Of a DNA stretch of 64,000 bases, positions 27,601 through 39,600 are shown one piece after another. The DNA comes from Ascidiella aspersa (taxonomy: Eukaryota). The DNA lies in assembly GCA_963924565.1 (NCBI GenBank), contig OZ004615.1, positions 3,286,001 through 3,350,000 of the forward strand, given 5' to 3'. The notes under the pieces were generated by a model, which was not told the DNA's origin, ran no database searches, and saw only the letters and a program-made list of their open reading frames with translations. How positions within the stretch are numbered: the stretch's first letter is position 1; each line of letters starts with the position of its first letter. Made by a program: the position numbers and the translations under genes.

Positions 27601-30600
27601 AGTCCCAGTGGTTTCTTACCGTTTTTACCCCGTCGACTATTTTAACCGCTTTTCAAAACTCAATTCTCATTTGAGAAAAAAAAAACTGATAAAGTTGTGC
27701 GTTCTTAGACGGTCTCCAGCTATAGGACCGAAATAAGAACAACATCAACAACGAACTAAAACACAAAAAAGACCAGAATATGACAGAATAAGTCGTAATA
27801 ACGTCTAAATCACAATAAGTCCTAAATCGACCGGAATAACACCGAAATGGCCAGACACCAAAACGGCCAATGCCACGCTGATGACCCCGTTCGCCCCACA
27901 CCCTCTCCCTGCAGTTCCAGGCGTTATTTTGGCTTTTAGGCATTTCCGATAAATTTAGAACTTATTCAGACGATTACTGGGTATTTGGCTTTATTATGTC
28001 GTCGGTTAATACTACATGGTTTTATAGATTGTTCTGCTTTAGTTATTATTGCTCTTTGGGTTTTATTGCGTGTTTCCTCTTAGACTGCCACTGCCGGATT
28101 CTACCGCACCCGTATCTCGATGCCCAACTCCCGCCAGCTGCAAATTGTCAACATGAGGATTGAAGACGCCGGTACCTTTGAGTGCGACGTGCATTTTCCT
28201 GGACGACAGGACGCAGTACAGTTGACTGAAGTCAGTGTGGTGAGTGCCGTGTCTTGATCAGTTTTGTTTTTCGTTTAGGTTTAGGGAGTACGGCGACGGC
28301 GAAAATTGCCAAATTTTCACGGCGAAAATTGCCAATTTGGTGGCTCAACTATCTCGCTTTTGTGAATGGAGCGGATAAAACAAAGCGGCAACATTGTGAA
28401 TCCGCTTGGGCCTTTAAACAACTTTTTTGGGTTAAATTAGGGTAGATATACGCTTGAACATTTAGTGGAATTTTCAAATCGGTCACTCATTTCAATAAAA
28501 TTATGCTTCCTTGAAATATTACAGGAAGAGATTAATTTAAAAAAAGCACAGAAATCTGGGAACGAGATGTTTCTCTGCCTTTATTGGGGTGGAATATGGG
28601 AATCTCACCCTTCGCGTGAGAATCCCTCACAAACACAGTTACTCAACTTACATCCCTGTCGCCGAGCATATATGTTGCAACTACGCGAGTTCGTCAAAAC
28701 AGCGTAAAAAAGCGCACGTCATTTCGGCAGGTCGTTGCCCTGTGTGACGTCACAGTCAGTCGAGCGTGGCGACGCCGGTTGTTTTTCGGTGTTTGGGGTT
28801 AAGGGACCCCCTGGGGTTGTTGACAAGGGGTTCGCAACTTCTCACGATATTTTGCTGCTTCGCCAAGAAGCGACAAAACATTTCGTTTGATTCACCCTTA
28901 AAGGCCTGTTTACACTACAGCTGCACTGGGCGTGAAATTATTTTCACTGCAGCTGCAGTGAGCTGCGCTGGGCGTAAAAATCGCTCCAAACGTAACGTTT
29001 TACTATTGCTGCACTGGGCTTGAGTTTAGCAAAGCGTGGAAATCGCTCCAAAGCGTATTTTTTCCAGCTGCACGGGGCTTGAGTTTAGCAAAGCGTAACT
29101 TTAAGCTAGCTGCAGCTGCTGCACGGGGCTTCAGTTTAGCAAAGCGTGAAACGCTCGCCACAATAGAATTTAAATGCAAATTACGCTTTGCTCAGCTCAG
29201 TGCAGCTGTAGTGTAAACGGGCCTTAAGTCAGCAAATCGCCTTTGATTGTGTAAGTGATAAAAAAGAAAATCCGCTAACTTTCAACCATATTGGTTGAAG
29301 GTTTTAGTTAACTTATGGAAGGAAAATCGAATCCCATACAGAAGTGCGTAACATTTTAAACGTTTTTCGACTATCTCTTTATACATTTTCAACCATGTTG
29401 ATATACTTCTGTTAGGCTTTGATATTCCTAGAACACGTAAAAATCGCTGGCATATATATATGTATATCGGTTGCTTGTTTGTCAATTGTTCGAGTTTAAT
29501 TTTAAAAGTTCAAATTATTAAAGCAAACGGCATTTTGTTGCAGTTTGGGGATTTTTACTAGGCTCTGTAGTGTCAGTTGTAACTTCAATTATGAACAACT
29601 ATGGCGATTTAGGGTTATAGGTCATGTTAATTGGTCATTGTAGAGTGGAAATTATGCATTTCGAATTAGATATTTTGAATTAGTCTTTCTTCGGCATTTT
29701 TCGTTTTAATCTAGCTTTGATCATTTCTTGAATTATTCTGTACACGTTGGTGGTATAGCGACTATTTGTCAATCTGGTTTAATGCTGTACAGTATACATG
29801 TTCGTCTAGCTTCGGTGTTTTTTACGCCATACTGTTTTCGAAATTATAGTGTTTATCAATTTTTTGTGTTTAACCGCAAACAGCGTTTAAAAGAGGTAAA
29901 AACGTATTAATATCAAACCATTAGCCAAACCCAAATTCTTACTTTTTTGTCCAGGACTCCTCCCCATCAAACTTGTACTACGAGTACATCCCCAGGAACA
30001 GCAGTGTTATATTTCACTGGACGAATCCGACAGAGCAGTTTGATTCAGTGCGGCTCGAATATCAAAAGGTATATCGGGGAAAAGGATAATTATTTCTCCT
30101 AATGTGTAATTTTTTTTTTTTAAGTTTCGTTTTGACTACGTGGTTTTAAACCAGGGAGTCGAACCGTTTGACTTTTTCGGTTCAGGTTCGGTTCGGGTTC
30201 AAGGATTTTTTCGGAATCCTGTTCAGTTCCGGTTCGGTTCGGTTCGGTTCGGTTCGGTTCGGAGCATTTTAAAAGTTCCGGTTCGACAATCGTTATTTCA
30301 AAACCGGTTCATAAAGTTCCGGTTCGGATACGATATAAGTTGCGTTAAATCTAAAAATATGGGGCAATAAATGTAGAGAATAATCTTTGAATTGTAAGTC
30401 ATTTAATCTAAGTTACGTGACGTATTACAAAAACAGCAACTCATTATTGAAATGTCTGAAAAATAAAAATCAACGTTTTTTTAATCAATATTCTTATTTT
30501 TTTTTATAAAATTTCAAACTTAGCATAACTTGACTCTATAAAATACAAGTTGTGACGTCATGCTGGAGAGAACCGCTTTTGTTGACAGGTTCGGTTCAGT

Positions 30601-33600
30601 TCCGATTAGGCTCCACGGTTCGGGTTCGTTTACGGTTCGGAAAAAAATTATCCCAAAACCGGTTCATAAAGTTCCGGTTCGACTTCCTGTTTCAAACAGG
30701 GCGCAGCCATTAATTTGTTTTACATCGGTGATATTTATTTGCTATCAAATCATGACCGTCAACTATAGTCAAAGAAAACGCACCCGTAGATTGAATTATA
30801 AATGTGTGCCAAAATAAATTTAAATACCTAAAAGTCTGACACCACTTTTGCTGTTAGGTATAGTTAATGTAGTCTTGTCTTACTAAAGTTTACTAAAGGT
30901 CAAATTCTGGAATAATTAAGCGCACTTTATAAAGCTATTGATAAGAAAATAAAAAGTAAATTTAACGTGGTTTTAAAGTCGTTTAAATAATGATTACTAA
31001 GTTCATTTAAAAAAAAATCTGTACAACCCAATTCTAATTTATAAGCCTTATTATTTTTTGTGCTGCAATAAAAACTAACACGGCTTGGTTTTATTATATG
31101 GTTTTGCTCACAGACAATTGATTTTTTCATAAACAACAACAGGTTGTAACTGAGTCAGTAACCCCAACGATACAGACTTATCCCGTTTCGACACACACTT
31201 CATCAGCTAATGTGACCGAAATAAATTCAAATAAGAACAATATTAAAAAAAAAAAAAAAAAAAAATGTCGACGCTAAAAATAGGACAATTAGAAATAAGG
31301 ACGCTTTTTAAATACACCAGAGGTATCAAAAACATTAGTTCACAAGCATATCTCAAAATACAGTACTTTACTTTTTCTCAGGTCCGGAGCACACAATGGC
31401 GTCGTGTAACCTTGGGTCGGAACCAGCAGATGTTGGTGGTCTACGGTCGTTTCAGACCCGGAACCCCCTACCAAGTGCGGGTAATCACCCGAACAGGGGG
31501 CCGCGACTCTCAACCCGCCTCCCTACTTTTCACCCTGCCCCGGATCGAGTACTCGGGTACTTGTTTTTGACGTTCAAGGCTTGTACACGTGAATCCCTCC
31601 AAGCAGTGCTGTAATGACTTACGCGATGCCTTGGTTTTAGATTGACAAGTCCTTTGAGTAAAACGACTTAAGTTTTTTGGCTTAAATAACTAAGGGGTAA
31701 AATAACTTGAATTTTATTGGTAAACTTGACTTGGACTTAAGTCATTTAGGCAAATGACTTACATCAATATTAAATAAATAACTGCCAACTCAGTTATAGA
31801 CAGACTTGCACAACTAGATAATTGTGTTGTAGTTCGGCGAATTAGATCAATTTGTTGCTAGTTCCAAAACTAATCTGATTTGTAAATTGTTCAATTACAC
31901 TTAAAATGCGGTTGTTATTAGTTGATTAAGAAATGTTTGTCAGAATCAAACGCAAACAATTTTTTTAGAAAGTTTTGCAATTTCACAGTTCGAAAGTTGT
32001 AAATCATAATCTTTAAAGGTTCTGCGTTGAATAACATTCAATGCAAAAAAGCTCGACAAAAAATGTTTTATAAAAAATTATTGAAAAAGTAAGCTCTATC
32101 CGTTATCATTGGTCAAAAAACAGCTTCAGAAGGACTAGATCACAGTTGTTGAACATATATGTGTGTGTAGGTGTATCTTTCATTGAACTCTACACATTTA
32201 TGAAAACAATGTCATTTACGTTATAAACGTCGCCGTAATTTTGCTTCCTACAGGCAGAAGAGTGACAGGCCAAGGCGGTCAAACCATTCCCACGGCCGAC
32301 AACCCTCTGGCGCCACCAGGTGTTAGCGAAGACCAGATAACGCTCAACTGGTACGGCTCCCCTATCCCCGACACACAAGTCGACGGTAAGCTACATTTTT
32401 GGCGCTGTCATTATAGCCAGACGAAATGGCCATTTTTTGTTAAGCTGTCTGTTCGATGTAAGTAAATTTTGCTGAAACACTTTTTTTTATAATTTTTTGA
32501 GTGCGTTATTAATGACTGAGATATATATGTTGATGGAAAATAATGAAAACGATGGGGGGGGGCACGGTGTAAAAAAGGTTAGGAACCCCTGTTTTAAGCA
32601 ATACTTAAAAACTGCAAATACAACGAAAATACAAAAAAATCTATTTCGCAACGCATTTATTTTGCGTAACTATATAGTGATCTGCCCTTTTTGAAAAAAA
32701 ATTTGTTTAGTTGCTTTCGAGATTTTACTCAAATTCGTTTCTACTCAGGTTGGATCGTTGTGTACGAGGACACGCAAACGGGGGTTTCCCAAAGCGTGCC
32801 GCTGACGTCAGGAGTGACGTCATACACGGTGCGTGACCTCGAATCGAACACGAGATATCGCGTCACCCTGTTTGCCCTGGTTGGCGAAAATCGGATTGAG
32901 GTGGATATATTCATTATTGTTTTTTATTTTTGTTACTATAGGGTGGTTATTAACCTTTAGGTAATTAATCCCCACTTAGGGGTATTTTAAAGTTTTTACT
33001 TGTTAATTTTAACCGTGATTTGGGATGCTGGTTTTTGCCAATAGAAAAATAGTTGTATTAGCTTGTCGTTAGTTTACATGATTTAATATTTGTCCGAATT
33101 GTCATTATTGGGTCGTTCTAGCTCCTCAATCGGATTGAAGGTCAATTTTTTTTAATTTTTTTTATATATGGTCACTAAAAATGAAAATTATTTTTAATTT
33201 CATTTTGTTTTGTTGCATACTGAGTGATTTATAACAAGTTCATTATTCTAAACGATTTTATCGAAATGCCTAAAAGATAAATTGTTCAGTTTAATGAGGC
33301 CTAAATGATATTTACAGAATAAGTTATTCTTAATTGCCTGATAAAAGTATATATTTTGGAAGCATATATGCCTTTTTCCTGAAATTAACTTTGATTAAAA
33401 AATACTTAAAAATAGTTGTGCAAGTCTTAGTCTTTTGAAATAATTTTAAATTCATAATTTTGAATCGTAAGTCAAACCAAAATGTGTTCGCTTTTTATTT
33501 AATCATTTCACAATAACGCAAATTTTTCTCGACGTAAGTTGTAGCATTGCTTTCAGATCGGCTCTACCGAAACGACCACCGAGTACACGCCGGCCGAGCT

Positions 33601-36600
33601 TCCGTCATCAATACGTACCGATGACGTCACCGACCATAGCGTGACGTTGACCTGGGAGGCGCCAGAGAGTCCAGTGACCGGATACGAAGTTGCGTATAGG
33701 TCAGTGAATGGTCATGTATCCTTTATGCAGGGTTGTGGAGTCGGTTAAAAATAACCCGAGTCTGACTCCCCAGTTCCGAGTCCGAACCAAATATGCGATT
33801 TCGTCGAGTCCAGAGTCAGGCTCAGACTCTCCACAGCCTGTATTCCTCCACTAAGCGTAACTAAATAAGGTGGATATTCAGCAATCCACTTCTAGGGGCT
33901 TCATATAATTCATCCACTCACACAACTTGGTGGAAAATATTCACCATATGCTGTTCCACCTTTACAATTTACAGTTTGACAATCTCCTAGATGTAGGAAC
34001 ACAAAACCAAGTAAAAATAAACCCGTGTAAAAATGCACCTTAAAAGGCACATAAAAGGACATATTGCTCAAAATTACGTCATTTAGGTTATAGGGTAAAT
34101 CAGTTGTTCTCAACCGTGGTCCCGCGGCACTCTAGGATGTCATTTTTAACGCTAAAGGGTGCCGAGAGTTTTTTCAAATAAATTTTCAAACGAAATTTGA
34201 CATTTCAAAACAATTTTCGTATACGATAAAAGTGCCAATCATTAAAAAGGTTTTACCAACCTTGTTACACAGATAATGCTGTTTCAATCTAGTTTATAGC
34301 AACGTTACAGTTAACCACTCAGCAAAAATACGAGCAAGGGTGCCGCGAACGATTTGTGATTTCTGCAGGGTGCAGCAAGCCAAAAAAAATTGCGAAACAC
34401 TGGCCTACATCAACAAAAATAAACCTTGCCGCTGTTTCATCTGCCGCTGTTTCATCTGCCGCCCTAGGGGGAATTAGTGAAACAACCCGGGCACAAAATA
34501 ACAACACTTTGTTTTTGCACCGACGCAGAGACGTAAGCTCAACCAACAATCGATGGAGAAAGGTGCGCGTTCCAGCAAGTCGTCAACCCGAAATAACGCT
34601 GCAGAACCTTATGCCGTCCAAGATATACGACGTCCACGTCACTCCCATAACGTAAGGCTTGAGTATTTTTAGATGACACTGAACTGTTTAGCGGGCCGAC
34701 AAAAACAAAGCCAAAAATATTGTACGAAGGAGGACAACGGAAATGACAATTGGATAATTTTCCATTCTGATGTATTGTTTTTGGATTGAAAATAACTTTC
34801 CCTAGATATATAACAAAGCTATTTTAGTTAAGTCTTTCCGGCATGTAACGCCCTTGTACAGATTATATTCCAAACGTTTTTTCTTTATTTTTTTTCTTAT
34901 TGATTTAGTTTTCAGAACATAGCGTATATTCCAAACCTGCTACACGCCATTAACATTCTAAAAATGACGGACACCAACTTTTTGTTGTTCTTTACGACCC
35001 TTAAGCTTAAATTATTCTCGTATTTTCGTAACATATCGATTTGACCTAATTTCCTTCTTGACTTTTGTCTGAAAAACAAAACTCAATTGAAATTTAAAAA
35101 ATCCAACCCGAAAAAATTGTACAACACAGGAACGGACAGCGTGGCGTTTACACCCCCGTCACAGTTTCAACCCCCGACGCCGCCCCAGTACAGCCCCCCG
35201 CCAATCTGGTGTTCGAAGATATCAGGAAATCGTCGGCCACGGTAGTTTGGGACGCTCCTCTGGTTGGGGATGTCAAACACTACGTGTGAGTAAAGGTTTT
35301 TTTCTTTTGGACAGAAGGCCCAATTTTTGGCGCTCTTTCACTATTGTACGTAAAAAAAAAAAAAAAAAATGTTCTTCAAATGCCGCATACCACAAAGACA
35401 TATTGTTTGGTTTAGGGTGCGGGTTAGCGTTTGGTTGAGGGTGGGTCAAGTTATTATTAATAATAAACATAATATTACTTGACCCACCCTCACCCAAAAG
35501 CTACCCTTTTTTTTGCATAACTTTTCACGTACAATAGTGAAAGAGCGCCCAATTTTTTACTGCATTTTCCATTACTGTGCAAGGAAACTGAACCGGGTTA
35601 AAGTAACAATCCTCGCTTACAAAAAACATGTTTTTTAATTTTTAATTTTTTGACACATGGCTTTTTTGCTGAAAAAAACGACACACCCGTAAATATATGT
35701 GCGAGATGTTGCTTTGTCGGCCTTATGCCCGATCATGCGAACCAAGCGATTCCCGTTAAACACTACATGCAAGTGAAAGTTTTTTTTTTATATGAAAATT
35801 ATTTTTTTATGGAAATGTAATGGTTATGTTATTCTATTTTTCTGCTGTCCAATAAAGTGTAATAGCTAATATGGGATAATTAGAGAAATTTACTGGAAAT
35901 CAGTTTGGAATGTTCGGATGTTCAAGACTAACTTTAAAAAATGCAAAAAATATACACTTACAGTTTGCCAGTTGCTGCGAATTATTTTTGGGTACAATTT
36001 ATTTTTAATTTGCACAATCTGGTTAATTGGTTACCGGAACGAATGTTTTGTGGCTTAAGTTGTTATTTTGATATTTGCACTTTTCTATAAATGTTTTAAA
36101 ATGACATCTTACACGAATTGGCCGTTTTCGCTTTAAATGGTAGCTAAGTTTTTTAATCTAAATTTACAAATAAAATTTGATTACCTTTCTTACTTTTTTT
36201 GTCCCTGTTTCGGGTTAGGTGTGGCTAATGGGTTGGGTTAGAAATTGGGGTTAGGTTGAGGATAAAGTTAGGGGTTACGTTTGGGGTCCGATGTTTATGT
36301 TGTTTAAATTTCAATCTTACGGCTGGATTCCGTTAAGGTTAAAATATAGGCATAACAGAAAAAAAAATCAACATTGCCCCCTTCAACAAACGACCTTTCT
36401 TGGCAGGGTGGAATTCGAGCCGCTGCCCAAGACGGAAAACAGTATTCCATACAGAACGATCGCCTACCAACCGATCTACTACCTCAGTGGCCTCCTGAGA
36501 GGCAAGCCCTACACATTCTCAGTCAAGACTGTAGCTCCCGATGATACTGAAAGTGAACCACTAACTGGTCGCTTTACCACAGGTGAGAATAGCCCTGTCG

Positions 36601-39600
36601 CTTTTACGTTGTTCGAAAAGTTTAGCAAATAGGATACACAGGGGTAGACAGGGACGGACTAAGGGTACTGTAGGCCTAAGACTGTTTGCTAGAGAAGGGC
36701 CTAGTTTTGCAAACCATAGCTACAAAAAGGAATAAAATTACATACATGAAAAATTAAAATTATACAATAATGAAACTGTGAGATAAATGATTAAATGATT
36801 AAACAATAAATGAGTTTTTTCTATGTGATACAGAGACAAGACAGCATAAATGGAACGATTTGTTTATCTACTCACACACAAGGCACATATTGACTCGACT
36901 TAGTCATTCGTTTTTACGCAAAAACTTGTAGTTGCACCTGTACTGGATCTGTATCACCATCAGCCTTGCACAAATTTAACCTTATTGAGGGCCGAATTGT
37001 TCCAGGGCTTAAGGCTATAACCATAGTGGCCTAATGGTTAATCTGGCACTGGATACTAGTAGATCAACTTTAAATACTAGTAAATCAACTCACAGGGATA
37101 ATTGGAAGTGCTGTGATGACTTAAGCCTTGACCCAAAAAGTGCACTTATATCACTGTTTTCAAATGACTTCACTTGAACTTTTGGACATAATATTTTCTG
37201 CATATCTAACTTTTTTGGCCATAATAACTTTACTGGAGGTATTTTTTACATTACCAAAACTCGGCAAGTTTTAGTTTTAGTAGTTCAATGTTTAATTTTT
37301 GTGTCAGTTACAGGACTCGAGTGTAGTTGATTTAATAAAGTCTCGACTTGGATTTGACTTGATTTTTTTTAAATATTGACTTGTTTAAGACGCTGTTAAC
37401 TGGCAATAATTGCTTCAGACGAGCGAGCGAGCGCGCGGAAAATCCCAACCCTGCGTTTTTTGAACGACGCGTGTTCCACAAACGCGACAATCGCCCCAAT
37501 GTATACGTAACAAATGTTGCATTTTCCCTGTAGAGAACAAGGTGTGTCAGGTCGACGGGAGATGGCGAGGACATGAGGAGAAGTTCTACAAGCTTAATCC
37601 TGCCGGTTACATGCAGAACTGCACTTGCACCAGACTGCCTAGCGGGGGTGGACGTTGGACATGCGATCCTATCGGTAAGAGTTCATTCACATGTGGTTTA
37701 GTGCTCTTTTAGGTGTAAAAATTCTGCAAATTTAAAATTGAAAAAATAGAGTCTAAATACATTTACAGAGTAGACAAAACCTTTTTGTTTAAATTGTACA
37801 ATACGACATCACTGAGGTCTCATAGACCGCATAAAGTCTACCTAGCACCAAGGGTTTAACGGAAACCATGTTAAGAACGCCTTGACTAGACTGAAAGACC
37901 TCGACAGATAAAGAAAATCAGTCGATCAAAAAGCAAAACAGTTTGAATCTCAACTCAGGCTAGTTGTTTTTTAACTTGCCTTGCATGCATCTTGATTGAC
38001 AGGTTTGGGTAATCTGTCGAAGGCTTTCCGTGAATTATGAAACATAAGCCGTTTCCGTTGTTCGAAAAACGACTTCCGAAGAGCTATCTCAGTTGTTCTA
38101 CGCGCATGTGAATGTATCTTCATTGGCTGAATGTGATTGTGTACTATAGACCATCTTAAATATAAATTTTATGCAGCAAGCAATTGTGTCACAGTTGCTT
38201 GTCGACTCGCTCTCCTCTGAGCCCTGTATAGATACAGTGGTTGTAATGTCCACGCATCTTTTATCCCTTGATTACGATATTAACATTTTCAATGCAATTC
38301 TATATAGTCTGCCTACACAACGGCATACAGCACGCGGTTGGCCAAACCTGGACCCAGCTTTCAAACGACGGAAATTACAACCAGGAGTGCACTTGCCTCA
38401 AGCGCGGCTGGAGATGTGTAGGAACTGGTGAGTTCGCTATGTAAAGGGTTCACAAAAATCCGCAGTAGTATAGTTCATTGTGCCCTGTTGGACGTTTCGA
38501 ACTTTTATGTACGTTTCGCTGGAGTGATTTAATTTGACCCATTTTTAGAAAGTTTAATTAGAATTGGAATCTAAAGCTTTGAAAAGCGTTTCATACTTTT
38601 TAACGTATTTTAAACGGTAGTCTAGCTTCCAACTGAGGTATATACTTGACTATACCTTTCTAAAGATATTTAAAGTTGAAAAAAACTACAATAATAAACG
38701 GCTCTGTATTTTTGATTACGGCCAATATAACAGTTGGCCAATTGAACGTAACCATTTTAAAATTTGACCGTGTTTGTCCTATTTTTGTTCGACTTTCTAA
38801 CCGCCAACGTTTGTTTAACAATGTTTATGAAGAATGAATTGCAAAAGCCAAATAGGTCGAACAGATCGACATCATCTTGATGACGTTACGTCTTCATCAA
38901 GATGATGTCGATATACGCGACGTTTTTTTGCTTTGCAATTCATTATGAAGAAAAAACTGCTGATTAAATTGTGTATTGTACCCGTTTTTTAACTTATTGC
39001 GTACAGGTCCGGCTGGTTTTCCGCAAGGCGATCTCTTGCGCCACCCAGAGGGCGGTCGACTGACGCTATCGTGTCCGCACGAGGTCACTGGCGACTTCCG
39101 CCCCACGATCAAATGGTACAAGCTAAATGGCGACGTGCGCACACTGCTGTACACTTATCACGGCCAGGGCGGTTTCGGCCACCAGGTAAATGGAACTATA
39201 CGACGTATTTTGTGAGGTTTAACGGCGCTTTGGAACAAATTCTAAAACACGGTTTTTTAACTTTTTTTCGCGGAGCCCAAATACTAAGCTCAAGTTAAGC
39301 AGCGAATCTCTGGCACCAAATAGACTTTTTGTAAGGCTTACTAAGAAATAATTTCGCAACACTGGTATTTTGGAAATCCCTACAGGCTTTCGCACAACCG
39401 CGCTTCATCAGGTCGAAGTATAAAACTTTATATCTATATAGCCTATCTTACTTACAGTGTAGGGCGGAAAGGGCGCGTCGTATTCCTGATATTCAAGCAC
39501 GTATCGCGACACCCCCTCGATGTTACTTGGTTGGTCCCACTCTACGGTGGCTTCGGTGGCTCTGACGAGTAGAAATGAAAGAAATTAAAATGATTTAAAT

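Noticed and set aside
8584-28239. VCBP-like (V-Ig plus chitin-binding) gene formed from the neighbouring CBM14 and Ig exons
   Set aside because: The CBM14 gene has its own stop and polyA signal, and the Ig exons splice into fibronectin, which has its own signal peptide.
33128-33145. Possible third ghost exon end (aatcggattga, matching 32889)
   Set aside because: Only 11 nt match; not distinguishable from chance.
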